Source: Heterodontus francisci (lineage: Eukaryota). Taken from it: a stretch of 64,000 nucleotides of DNA. The position numbers and the translations under genes are program-made. Below are positions 47,721 to 60,364 of this stretch, piece by piece. Numbering within the stretch: the first letter of the stretch is position 1; each line of letters begins with the position of its first letter. The stretch lies in NCBI RefSeq assembly GCF_036365525.1, contig NC_090404.1, positions 34,648,236-34,712,235 of the forward strand. The letters are read 5' to 3'. The notes under the pieces were generated by a model that made no database searches, was not told the DNA's origin, and saw nothing but the letters and a program-made list of their open reading frames with translations.

Positions 47721-48899
47721 ATGATCTGTGATATTGTCAGTGAGAATGAGTTAAATGTAGATTCGGATAGAGTTGTTGCAGAAGTTGCAAACTCCTTAGG
47801 TTGTGTAGTCAGTGTTTGGTTCCCTTGAGCAAAAGGCATCCGTATCAATGAGGATGAAATTTAATATGTGAAGAAACAGTTCGAGGAATTGGGGCGGCAT
47901 GTTAACTGCAAGTTAAAAAGTGTTCATTTTAACAATACAGTTACAGTGCTGACACCATCTCTTAATACAGAGTCAAACTGGTATTGGAATAAGTGATTTA
48001 ATGTTTGTAATTGAGGATAATCATGTCTGCTCTGCTACTGAATTGTAACTGAGTCTGTGTTGTGCACCTTTTGAAGATCAGAAACTAACAACATGGAGGC
48101 AGTGAAGGCAAATTATATTATAGCACATTGCAAAGCTGCAGTCAATCAATTGGTAATTTCTAGGCCTGAACCAGGAAAAGAATGGCTCAAAAAAAGCTGG
48201 ATTGTCACAAAGATCCAATTAATTTCACAATTCCTTTCAGAGATCGGAACCCGCTTTCCCAACCAGGTCTGACCTCCACGTAACTCCAGTTAGCTATGAC
48301 TGATTGATTCTCAAACACTGTCAAGTGATTATGTTTAACGTTGAGAAATGCTGAAACATCTGGAACTAATCGCTGCACCTTAAGTGTGGCAGCAATAACA
48401 GATTGAAAAGACTATTTGTAAACCACGTGCATATCAGGACACAATGAAACTGTCTTCATTGATTTCTGATCGCAACTGTACCAGTTCCTATCTTTCTGCA
48501 GAGTGCCCAACCTGGCCCAATGTTGTTGCTTCTGATCATTCACTGGCAGCCTTTTCTGTTAGAACAGACGCCATTGATGAAGTTGGTTGCTGTAAACCAT
48601 TCCACTAACTCAGTGGCAAATACCTATTCAAATATGTATTAATTAAGATTACAAATGTTAACTGAGTAGAGGGTTTAATCTAGGAGTCTCAAAGTCAGTT
48701 GGTTAGGGTGATATTAACATAGTGACTGTGTTGTGTGTCATCTGACAATCAAATATATGAAGGCCCAACCTGCAAGTAAACTGGTCTCAAAAATCCTATC
48801 CGTGTGAGAAAGGAACTCATAAAATGCGTGACGTCATGATGGAGCTTGTTCTACTCAAACGGACCATTATCCAGCAGGTTACTCACTGCCAAGAGTAAT

Positions 48900-49665
48900 A
48901 TTTGCACCACACAAGTGCCAGGCAATGACCATCTCCAACAAGAGAAAATCTAACCATCTCTCCTTGAAATTATGATCGCTGAATCCCCCACTATCAACCT
49001 CCTGGGGTTTACCATTAATCGAAAACTGAACTGGAAGAGCTGTACAAATACCATGACTACAAGAGCAGGTCAGAGGCTAGGAATCCTGCGGCGTGTAATT
49101 CACCTCCTGACTCCCCAAAGCCTGTCCACCATCTACAAGGCACAGGTAAGGAGTGTAATGGAATACTCTCCACTTGCCTGGATAGATGTCGCTCCAACAA
49201 CACACAAGAAGCTCGACACCATCCAGGGCAAAGCAGCCCGCTTGATCGGCACCCCATCCACTACCTTCAGCATTCACTTCCTTCATCACTGACGCACAGT
49301 TCCAACAATGTGTACCATCTACAAAATGCACTGCAGCAACGCAACAAGGCTCCCTCACAGTACCGACCGAACCTGCGACCTCTACTGCCTACAAGGACAA
49401 GGGTAGCAGATGCATGGGAACACCACCACCTGTAAGTTCCCCTCCAAGCCACCGACATCAAAACTTGGAACTATATCGCGGTTCTTTCACTGTGGCTGGG
49501 TCAAAATCCTTGAACTCTCTTCCTAACAGCACTATGGGTGTACTTACATCCCAAGGGATGCAGTGGTTCAAGAAGGCGGCTCACCACCACTTCCTCAAGG
49601 GCAATTGGGGATGGGCAATAAATGCTGGCCTTGCCAGCGACGCCCACATCCCATGAACAAAAAAA
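48900..49665 (+). mobile_element. 5'-truncated copy of the second LINE family
   Basis: AESPTINLLG...YKAQVRSVMEYSPLAW; same tail as 42750. Confidence 0.88.
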
Positions 49666-49889
49666 TGTCACCTTTGGAAATTTAGCAAAACATATTGTCA
49701 TATTTCGCTTAATGCAATTAAAAACACACAGAAAGGCAGTGATGCAGAATAAATACAATAATTCCTTTTATGAACTGCTGAGCTAACAGACAGTAAGCAC
49801 CTCTGAATTGTCAGTATCACGCAGCCTTCAGATACCTTGGCAATATTTGCACCGATACTTTGAAGATAGAACCATATTAATGCTGTAGT

Positions 49890-50127
49890 GTGGCGAGTCG
49901 AAGAGACTTAGCAGTTGGCAGGAAGAAAGACAAAGCGCAAGGGGAGAGCCAACTGTGTAACAGCCCCGACAAACAAATTTTTCTGCAGCACCTGTGGAAG
50001 AGCCTGTCACTCTAGAATTGGCCTTTATAACCACTCCAGGCGCTTCTCCACACACCACTGACCACCTCCAGGCGCTTACACATTGTCTCTCGAGATAAGG
50101 AGGCCAAAGAAGAAGGAGGAGAAGAAT
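49890..50127 (+). mobile_element. RTE-clade LINE 3' end
   Basis: FCSTCGRACHSRIGLYNHSRR C-terminal motif followed by a (GAA)-type tail. Confidence 0.75.
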
Positions 50128-50400
50128 CTGTAATGAATGCGTTTAAAATGCTTGGAAGGATCTAGGGCCAGATAATTGCGTGGCTGATTTACACTAGGTA
50201 GATAGTAAATTGTGGAAATATGGCAGGGCAGTTGAAAGCCTTTACATCCTCTGCCAAATGGGAACTTCAGGACACTCCATGTGTCCCAGAAACTGCATGC
50301 GCCGGCAGTCTCTCTGGCCACTCCAGTTACAGCTCAGGATTTCTGAACTTGAGGAGTGGCTGGAAATATTGCAGGACATACTGGAGGCTGAAAGTTGTTG

Positions 50401-50725
50401 ATTTATTTATTTAGAGATACAGCACTGAAACAGGCCCTTCAGCCCACCGAGTCTGTGCTGACCATCAACCACCCATTTATACTAATCCTACATTAATCCC
50501 ATATTCCTACCACATCCCCACCACCTACCTACATTAGGGCAATTTATAATGGCCAATTTGCCTATCACCCTGCAAGTCTTTGGCTGTGGGAGGAAGCCAG
50601 AGCACCCAGCGAGAACCCACGTGGTCACAGGGAGAACTTGCAAACGCCGGACAGGCAGTACCCAGAATCAAACCCGGGCTGCTAGAGCTGTGAGGCTGTG
50701 GTGTTAACCACTGCGCCACTGTGCC
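50401..50725 (-). mobile_element. full-length HE1-type V-SINE inserted in a CR1 ORF1 relic (50190-51050)
   Basis: Reverse complement of 28804-29140; flank LQLRISELEEWLEILQDI resembles a CR1 ORF1 coiled coil. Confidence 0.88.
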
Positions 50726-51074
50726 AGGATCTTGCGTTCCAGAAGTTGAAAAATCACAGCCACAGAGAGTTCAGGTAAACACTCCGTGGGTAGGAGGGAG
50801 AATACGCAGATAGTCCTGGAATCTTCCGGGAGTACAGCACTCACAAATCAGATTTCAGCGATGAATACCCGTGAGGGCAACGGAACATCGGGGGATTGCA
50901 GTCTAAAGCACATCCACAGGACTGTGTGACAACTGACTACACGGGGTGGTGGGGGATGGGCAGAGCAGAGTGTAGAAATGCAGTTATCATCATCGGGATT
51001 CAATTCCTCGAGGGGTGGAGGGGGTGGTAGGCAGGCTTCTCTGTAACAACCAACGTCTCACATGAATCTTAGAA

Positions 51075-52550
51075 ACATTGGATCATGTAGTAATCAAGGA
51101 GACCATATAGTCAATCGAGGGTGTGCTGTCTCTATGAAAGAGCTATCCAATTATATCAAATTAATCCTACTCCACTACTATTTCCCCATAGCCCTGTAGA
51201 CATTTCCTCTGCCAGTATTTATACAATTCCCTAATGAGATTTATTACACCTTCTGCCTCCACCATATTTAACTCAGTGCAATCCAGATCACAAGAAGTCA
51301 CTGGGTAAAAGAACCTCTCCTTATGTCGCCATTGTTTTTTTTCTGTCCTCTGGTTACTGACCCTCCTGCCACTGGAAACAATGTCTCCTCCTTCACACGA
51401 TCAACATTTTTTGATTAAATCTCCCCTTAATTTTCTCTGCCTATAGGAGATCAATTAAAGTTTCTCAAGTCTCTCTGTATAACTGAAATACTTCATCTCT
51501 GGTAACATCCTAGTAAATCTCCTTGGCACACTCACGAAGGCATTGACATTCTTTCCCATAGAGTCATTGAATTATACCGCACAGTAACAGGCCCTTCGGC
51601 CCATCGTGTCGGTGCTGGCCATCAAGCACCTAACAAATCTAATCCCATTTTCAAGCAATTGGCCCGTAGCCTTGAATGCTATGGCGTTTCAAGTGCTCAT
51701 CTTAATACTTCTAAATGTTGTGAGGGTTCCTGCTTCTACCACCCCTTCTGGCAGTGTGCTCCAGATTCCAACCACCCTCTGGGTGATTTTTTCCCCCTCA
51801 AATCCCTCCAAACCTCCTGCCCCTTACCTTTCTAAACTGTGGTATCCGAGATTGGACACAATTCACCTGTCGGGGTTTAACCAGTAATTCTGAAATTGTC
51901 CTGCCACCTTCAGAGGTTTGTATATGCACACCCTCAGCTCTCTCTGTTCAGGCAGTCTCTTTAAAATGATCCCATTTAGTTCATATTACCTCTTCTCATT
52001 CTTCCTGCTAAGATACCAGCGAGTTCACTAGTAACTGCAGGGATTGGATTCTGCTGTTATTGCTGCTATTAATCACATCCACAAAATTGTATTACTTCAC
52101 GCTGCTCTGTGTTAAATTTCATCCACCACTTATCAGCCCATTTTACCATCTGCCCATGTCATCCTGAAATCTGTAACTTCCTCCTCACTATTTATTACTT
52201 TTATGAGTTTTTGTCATCTACCAAGTTTAACATTATGTCCTGCATGTCCAAGTCCAGGTCATTAATATGTAGCAAACCGAGAAGGGTCTTGACATAGGCC
52301 CGTAGAGAACACTACTGTATAATTCCCTCCAGTCTCAACAACAACCATTCCAAGTATTCTCTGCCTTAAAGCTCTCAGCCAGTTTTGTATCCACGTTTCC
52401 ATTGTTTCTTCCACCTCCTTAGCTTCAATGTTGCTGACAAGTCCGTGATGTTGTCCTTCATCATACACCTTTGGAAAGTTCAGATGCACAACGAACATAT
52501 TACCTTCATTAACTCACTGCATTACTGTTGCAAAAAATTAAACCAACTTG
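51075..52550 (-). mobile_element. decayed CR1 with a nested younger CR1 3' end (51558-51830)
   Basis: HLNFPKVYDE...WIQNWL motifs; nested piece nearly matches 22965-23250. Confidence 0.75.
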
Positions 52551-52989
52551 ATTGCTAAGTATTTCTGCACCAGCCATAGCCAGCGTCTTCAGGGAGGAAA
52601 GCTATTGTAGGAAACTGTAAATCACAGCACATCATAGTGATAGTGGGGTGGACCTGGGGGCTCTGGGCTGGAAGAGGAATTGGTTCTCCTATGGGGATAT
52701 CAATTGCCCAATGACCAGGGCTATGGCCCAACCTGCAGGGTCTTTAGTCTTAGCGGGGGTGGAGGATGTTTCACACGTGGGGAGACCTAGAATCCAGGGT
52801 CCCAGGTCTGTATGCCAAAGAAGTGGGGTCTGTGGGAGGTCCGCAGGTTCTGTTAAACCCCAATGATCTGTCTACCTTTTCAGGCTGTCGCCAATACGTG
52901 TGAACTCTGCATGAATCAGATTGAGGATTCTTGAGTAGAAGGTGAGGAACAGCTGGCGTTCCTCTACAGTACCTCCACCAGTGAGATGT

Positions 52990-54262
52990 ACAGGGAGGGG
53001 ATGGTTGGTGATGTCCCTGTGAGGTTCAGTGTGTTCGGTGTCTGACCCTGAACTTTCCCAGGGAGGGGACAGTTACTGATCTCCCTGGTGCATGCAGTGT
53101 GTTCAGTGTCGCTCCCTGAGCTGTTCCCGGGAAGGACAGTGAGTTGTGCTTGTGGGGTGCAGTGTGTTCAGTGTCTGACCCTGAGCAGTCCCAGGGAAGG
53201 ACAGTGTGTTGTCCTTGTGGGGTGCAGTGTGTTCAGTGTCGGTTCCTGAGCTGTTCCCGGGAAGGACAGTGTGTTGTGCTTGTGGGGTGCAGTGTGTTCA
53301 GTGTCTGACCCTGAGCAGTCCCAGGGAAGGACAGTGTGTTGTGCTTGTGGGGTGCAGTGTGTTCAGTGTCTGACCCTGACCTGTTCCCGGGAGGGGGCAG
53401 TTTGCAATGTCCCTGTGCTATACAGTGTGCTCGGTGTCTGATCCTTAGCTATCTCAGTGTTTTGGAAGTTTGTAATGTCCCTGTCGGTTGCAGTATGTTC
53501 AAAGTCTGACCCAGTTCTGTCCCAGAGAGGCTACATTTTGTCAGTTCATCGTGGGGTCCAGAATGTATAGTGTACAGCCCTGAGTGAACCAGGGAGGGGA
53601 TAGTTTGTGATGTTCCTGTGGGGTGCAGTATGTTCAGTGTCTGGCCCTGAGCTGTCTCGTGGAAGGGCAGTTTGTGATGATCCTGGAGGGTGCAGTGTGT
53701 TCAGTGTCTGACCCTGAGCTGTCTCGTGGAAGGGCAGTTTGTGATGATCCTGGAGGGTGCAGTGTGTTCAGTGTCTGACCCTGAGCTGTCCCATGGAGGG
53801 GCAGTTTGCGATGTTCCTGTGGGGTGCAGTGTGTTCAGTGTCTGACCCTGAGCTGTCTCATGGAAGGGCAGTTTGTGATGATCCTGGAGGGTGCAGTGTG
53901 TTCAGTGTCTGACCCTGAGCTGTCTCATGGAAGGGCAGTTTGTGATGATCCTGGAGGGTGCAGTGTGTTCAGTGTCTGACCCTGAGCTGTCCCATGGAGG
54001 GGCAGTTTGCGATGTTCCTGTGGGGTGCAGTGTGTTCAGTGTCTGACGCTGAGCTATCCCAGGGAGGGGACAGGTTGTGATATCTCTGTGGGGTGCAATA
54101 TATTCAGTGTCTGACTCTGATCTGACCCAGGGAGGGGACAATTTGTGATGCCCCCTCTGAAGTGCTCTGCAGTGTAGGGGGATCGTGTTCCTGAGCAATT
54201 CCGGGGAGAGGGCAAATGTTGATGCCCCTCTGAAGTGCAGTCTGCCCAGTGTCTGACCCTGG
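52990..54262. repeat. minisatellite of 65-67 bp units (~19 copies)
   Basis: Unit cagtgtgttcagtgtctgaccctgagctgtc...gggcagtttgtgatg...ggggtg; 65-bp spacing at 53095-53355 and 67-bp spacing at 53693-54027. Confidence 0.93.
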
Positions 54263-54599
54263 CCTGCCACAGGTACTGGGCAGCTTTTGATCTCTCTCTG
54301 AGCTGCAATGTGTTAAAACCCGATCTGCACTCAGTCACCCAGCTTTCGGACACAGTCACACACTTTTCAGGAGTTGAAAGAAGAGACAGCGCTATCTGCT
54401 GGACTCAGGCAGTACTACAGAGCCACCGTGTTTATGCCGTCTATTTCCCAAGTAATGCAAATGAAATAGCCAGCTACAAACATTAAATTTATTTCCCATT
54501 TGCTTTAGAGAAAATCTGCCGCATTCATGGTACTTTACAGTATTGTAAGAGTTTAATAGATTAACCCTTCACATTTTGCTGTATTTGACACAGATCCAG

Positions 54600-55093
54600 A
54601 AAAATAAACCTCAATCTCCAGCCCAGTTATTGGATTTATTAACATCAGCAGAAACAAACCCCATCTGTCTGAATGAACATGGTACATTCCTGGATGTGAT
54701 TAACAGCAGCATTAACAGCAGAATCCAATCTCTGCAGTCACTAGTGAACTCGCTGGTACCTTGGCAAGTTGGATTATTATTTAACTCGCTTCCCACACTG
54801 GGATCAGATGAACAGCCACTCTCCAGTGGGTCAACATCAATTATTTTCCAACTGAAAAGGGGAACAAATCTCTTCCCATAGTCCCAATATTAAAGCCATT
54901 TCTCCAGCGAGTGAGAACTGACAGGCCAGGTGATTGCCTAAAGGCTCATCCACACAGTGACTTTTCCAGTTTCTCCCTGCTGTGCTTTTTCCTTACACAT
55001 TGAAAGGCCGATACTAATCAGGTCCTGAGGAATCGGGTGACTCTGTCTGATCTTGATGAGATGTTTGGTATCAGCTTCCCGCCTTCTAATCTC
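54600..55093 (-). pseudogene. C2H2 zinc-finger pseudogene (last exon plus 3' UTR)
   Basis: Acceptor ctcctttaacag| at 55094. Last finger reads TGEWLFI*SQCGKRVK**SNLPRYQRVH*, with further decayed GEK linkers upstream and AATAAA near 54640. Confidence 0.75.
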
Positions 55094-55123
55094 CTGTTAA
55101 AGGAGAGGGTAGGTGTGGGGGTG

Positions 55124-55806
55124 GAAAGAGGGAACCAGTGCATGTAGAACTGAACACAGTCAGAATTAGCACCTTCTGATAAATCAAAGGTTTGCTCCTG
55201 CCTGAAGCTGTAACTGAAGCTGGTCAGTTGTCATTTTTGAGGATGAGCGTGGAGTGGGGGGGGGGGGGGGGGGTGCGGGGGGGGTGGGGGAAGGGACTGC
55301 AGGGGAGATTAAGATGTGAAACTAGGGAGTGAACACTAACCTGGTGGGACACCAATGATTCCCCACGGGGCTGAAACAAATAAATTGTCCCGTGTTTGGG
55401 AAGGATGACAAAAGTCATCACAGTAAGTCCAGGGTAGAAATTCAGAACAGACAATTCCAGTTTTTATGGAACATTCTCCCTCTCTTGTTCTCCCAAAGCT
55501 ATAAATTTCCGTCCAACACATTCTCCCTCCTCCCTGTGCTGAAACCTAAACCCATCTCATTACCTGAAACTCAAAAGTTGAACAATTCAATCTCCGAAGT
55601 AGTCACCTTTCCTCCCCAACAACACATCCTCCTCCTCCCCCCACCCCCACCGCCCCCACCCCCACCGCCCCCCCCCAACACCGACTATCCTCAGTAATGT
55701 CAACTGACCAGCTTCAGTTACAGTTTCAGGCAGGAACAAACCTTTGATTCATCAGAAGGTGATGACTCTGGCTGGGTTCAGTTCTACACTCACAGGTTCC
55801 TCTCTC
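55124..55806. repeat. long inverted repeat (arms ~55124-55290 and ~55628-55806)
   Basis: 55124-55235 is the reverse complement of 55696-55806 at high identity; the adjacent G-run pairs with the C-run. Confidence 0.85.
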
Positions 55807-55978
55807 CCTCTCCTCCCCTGAAGGTGCTGACTCTGGCTGGGTTCGGTTCTATACTCACAGGTTCCGCTCTCCCGCTCCTCCCCTGAAGGTGCTGACTCTG
55901 GCTGTGTTCAGTTCCTCACTCAATTGTTCCTCTCTCCCTCTCCTCTCCTGAAGCTACTGACACTGGCTGGGTTCACAT
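55755..55978. repeat. 65-bp tandem repeat (~3.5 copies)
   Basis: gaaggtgctgactctggctgggttcagttctacactcacaggttcc... starts at 55755, 55820, 55885 and 55950. Confidence 0.9.
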
Positions 55979-56109
55979 CTACCATGATGTGTTTCTCCTC
56001 TGGAAATATTTAAGTCAGTGACGGATTGAGAATTGATGATGAAGTGTTCTATGGAGGCGGAGCGGGTTGGGGGGAGGGGCTGGTGTAGGTTGTTTACAGG
56101 CACCCATTT

Positions 56110-56700
56110 CACAGCCTCCATTTCTCCTCCGTTTACAGATGCTCCCTGACCAGTCCCCATTTCTTCTTCCTTTACAAATGCACCCTGACTCGTCTCCATT
56201 TCTCCTGTCTTTACAGACTGTCCATGCCCAGTCACCATTCCTCCTTCATTTACAGATGATCCTTCCCCAGTCTCCATTTCTCCTCCAATTACAGCCGCTC
56301 TCTGAGCAGTCTCCATTCCTTCTCCTTTCACAGACACTCCCTGACAAGTTTCCATTTCTCCTCCATTTACAGATGCTTCCTGACCAGTCCCCATTCCTCC
56401 TCCATTCACAGTCACCCCCTGACCAGACCTCATTTCTCCTCCATTTACAGACATCCACTGACCAGTCCCCATTTCTCCTCCATTTACAGACGCTCCTTGA
56501 CCAGTCCCCATTTCTCCTCCATTTCCCGACGCTCCCTGAACAGTCCCCATTTCTCCTCTTTTTACAGATGCTCCCTGACAAGTCTCCATTTCCCCTCCAT
56601 TCACAGACACAACCTGACCAGTCCCCATTTCTCCTCCATTTTCTGACGCTCCCTAACCAGTCCCCATTTCTCTTCCATTTGCACACGCTCCCTGACCATC
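56110..56700. repeat. 39-bp minisatellite (~15 copies)
   Basis: Unit ccagtccccatttctcctccatttacagacgctccctga. Confidence 0.93.
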
Positions 56701-56759
56701 CTGCAGATTGGAAGCTCTGAGCCCCTTCTGCGATGCATCAACCTCCAAGGTGGTTTCTT

Positions 56760-59700
56760 TCCTTTGGTGGTAATACTGGAGAAACTACAATCCCTCTGAC
56801 AGTGACTTTATCTCCTCAAACATGTGCCGATGTTCCTGTTACCATATGACCGGTACTTCCTTCCTTAATAACGTTGTCTTCTGTGTAAATTTGGGAATGT
56901 ACGGTGCAAAGAAGTTAAATAATCTCAGACAATGCCGTAGATTTTCTCTGTCTTCTGGGATAGGCATGGAGTGTATGTCCTCCAAATTGCTAAGATCCTG
57001 ACGAATACCATCGCTTGAATATATAGAACCAAAGAAGTTAATATGATGCACAGTCACCTTGCATTTTTGACTATTGAAGACAAGGCCTTCACGATGTGCT
57101 GTCTCCATTAAAAGCTATAAATTGAGATCGTGTTCTTCCTTCATCCGGACAACCATGGCAATATCATCAGTGATACAAATCCATCCCAGCATCTCTCCAG
57201 TGATTTGGTCCCTGTCCAGTTAGAACAAGTCCTGGCTGATTTATACTCCAAAAAGCAATCTTTGAAAACAGTACCTTTCTGAATAGTGTTCGAAATGTTG
57301 TCAACTTCTATGAGCCTTCTGCCAGATGAACAGACCATTAACCGTTCACAGCATCCAACTTGAAGAACAATTTCACAGAGACAAATTTCGACTTCAATTT
57401 CTCCAACAGTGAAATTGGAATCTTTTCAATGCTTCCTTAAAATGTCTCAGGTCTAGACATAGCTTAATTGTTCTGTCCTTGTTTACCACAAACGGAATCG
57501 AACTGCACCAGTCCGTGTGCTGTTGTATCTTACAGGTAATACTGTATTGCTCCGGTTTGTCCAGTTCAATTTTAACTTGCCTTGGATATGATTGCTGTAT
57601 ATTCTCAGAGGGGCTGTTGACTGAATTGCATCCTCTCCTAGGTGTAAGACTGCTTTCCCTTTAAACCTACTGATTGTATCGAACTGGTCCGGGTATTTAG
57701 ATTACAAACCAAGGACTGACTCGATGGGGTTGATTCTTGATATCTGATATACTAACTGGCACCTTGTTGATCCCATGAATAGTAATGAGCTTAAGGTCTC
57801 TGCATGCTGATGGGCCTGCTATTGCTGGACCTTATGTATCAAAGAGATAAAAGACGACCATGCTGATTGAATGTAGCTGTATTCAGTGTTATTGTACTGA
57901 TGCAATGAATTGATTATCCATTATATGCAGTTAGCTTACCTGTAGATGGCTATATCATTACCTTCCAATGTTGAAGACACATATCCTTCAGTATTCTTAG
58001 AGGAAGCATATTGGCACTTGTCCTGGTGTTAATTCTGGCCCTCAAGGTGTGCTATCCATTCTTCCTAGGACACACAATAGTAATGGTTGAAAATAATTCC
58101 AGTGGTCTGATTGCCGCTATGGAGCTGGTACTGTTTACAATGTGAAATGTTTGCACTGTCTCCTTTGTAAGAACTTGCCCATCATCATTTTCCATGCTTT
58201 CTGCTCTCTTGCTGACTTTGTAAGTATGCTCGCTTCTATACCTGGTAGGCTATGTGTTTCTGCCAGTGTGTTGCATATATTTTCCACTTGGTTGTTGCTT
58301 CTGGTGACTTCTTGCCACAGATTCTGAGCTGTGTTTCTTACACTGGTGTGCCCAATGTCCTTTAATACCACATTCTTTACAGTGATCCTGGTATGCTGCA
58401 CAGCTTCTTGGTAGATGAAGTCGTCCACATCTTCTATACAGCTTGTTCGATTTTCTCACCTTGGCTACTGTGTCAGTATTTGAAGCTGCACTTAATGCTT
58501 GCAAACTCTGCCAGCCTGTAAGGATAGCTTTGTATTTATGCCCTTCTTTTAATAAAGTTTCAATTTCAAGACCTTTGGATTTTCCAGGAGGTCATTTGAA
58601 AAGCTTCAATGGGTGCCGGCCCTATGGTTAACTCTATAATTCTTTCAGATCACTCAGCTTCAGAAAAGTCACAGTCCCTGTCTTTGTCCCTACAGCGACT
58701 GACAAATTGGCCGGTTGACTCTTTTATTTGCTGCCTATATGACATCAATTGCAACTGACATCCTGAAATTGACTTTCATACGGAGTTGGTCTTCTAGTTT
58801 GACCCATATTTTCTTAGAGTCTCTCTGATCATCATCTGATAAACCTGAGGTTTGCAGCCTATGAACACCTTCGATTCCAATAGCTATCTTAATTTTGACT
58901 GCTAGTTTATCTGGTTCTGATGCAGCCAAATCAAGGAACCATAACTCTACCCTTTGTTTGAAAAATTTCAAAAGAGGATCGCTGCTTCCCAATTCATACA
59001 CGGGAATTTAATCGACATCTTGCTGACATTCCCACGATTTTCCATGATTTCCTAGGTAGGAAGAAGCTTTCCTGATTTTCTCTACAGTAAGGTTTCAATG
59101 TGTTACAGATCTGGCTGCCTGCAGTACTTTTACTTACCACACCTGTTTCTGAACTCTATGGCACTGTGGGTCTGTGGCCCTGTTGCTCCCCTTCGCACAG
59201 TTTTTCAGACACTATCCACAAAGTGGCTCTTTGGCGCGAACAGCGCCATGATGCCTCATGGGGCGGCACAGTGGCGCAGTGGTGCAGTGGTTAGCACTGC
59301 TGCCTCACAGCTCCAGCGACCTGGGTTCAATTCTAGGTACTGCCTGTGTGGAGTTTGCAAATTCTCCCTGTGTCTGCATGGGGTTCCTCCGGGTGCTCCG
59401 GTTTCCTGCCAAAGGACTTGCAGGTTGGTACGTAAATTGGCCATTATAAATTGCCCCTAGTATAGATAGGTGGTAGGGAAATATAGGAACAGGTGGGGAT
59501 GTGGTAGGGATATGGGATTAGTGTAGGATTAGTATAAATGGGTGGTTGATGGTCGGCACAGACTCGTGGGCCGAAGGGCCTGTTTCAGTGCTGTATCTCT
59601 AAACTAAATGGCTGTGATGGTTTTTCAGCATTTTATTTTAAGCCTGTCTTTCAATTAACTTACACTGGCCTGAACTAAGTCAACTGATCGCACCCCCTTT

Positions 59701-60147
59701 GACAATGAACCAGTGTCCCCTCAGTACAGTTACTCACTGTTCCCAATGGAGTACTGCCTGCTGATAGTGTTTCACCTCTCAAAGCTCTGTTGACAGCTTC
59801 TGCTCCCCTTGCAGAATGCTGCTGTAGTCCCAAGCTCAATCTGATACTCTCCCAATGTGCCGTTAAAGCTCAAAATCCTCAACAAAGCATACACTGCGAC
59901 CATATTGCGTTTCCTCTATTCTTCAAACGCAACCACACCAATCAGACAGGTAGGACTGGTAAACTATATTGTGAGTTCTTTATTTAAAGATTGCAGCAGT
60001 ATACAAATATTGCTGGAGAGCTCTTACTAGTGTGTCTTGCTTGGTCAACAAACACATTCCAACTATTGTGTCACGTGACAGATGACATCATACCCTCCCT
60101 GATGATATATACAAATTATGGACATACCCACTCAAAGACCCACAACA
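56760..60147 (-). mobile_element. degenerate Ty3/Gypsy LTR retrotransposon (5' LTR, gag, protease, RT; 3' truncated)
   Basis: gag 59001-58735; CCHC knuckle CKECGIKGHWAHQC; protease-like LRARINTRTSANML; RT ITDDI and GLVFNSQKC...INFFG; probable LTR ~59903-60147 with a TGG-initiated PBS-like sequence. Confidence 0.8.
59260..59608 (+). mobile_element. full-length HE1-type V-SINE nested in the Gypsy leader
   Basis: Same head, core and tail as 28804; short duplication in the A box (gtggcgcagtggtgcagtgg). Confidence 0.9.
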
Positions 60148-60364
60148 ACAGCCGCCATCAGCAATCTGTGGACAGGCACTCCAAGGTCCTTCTGTTCCTC
60201 TATATGTCTTCCATTTATTCTGTATTCCCTTACCTTGTTAGCCTTTCTCAAATACATCACCTCACACTTTTCCAGTTTGAATTCCAATTGCCACTGTTCT
60301 GCCCATGTGACCGCATCCATTGATATCTTTTTGCAATCTACAGCTTTCTCTTCATTATCACTCA

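Noticed and set aside
52990-54262. Array as a CRISPR locus, an RSS array (CACACTG and TCACAAACT occur in many units) or a switch region
   Set aside because: There are no unique spacers or cas genes; the heptamer-nonamer distance is 15 bp; and the array lies 40 kb upstream of V rather than before a C exon.
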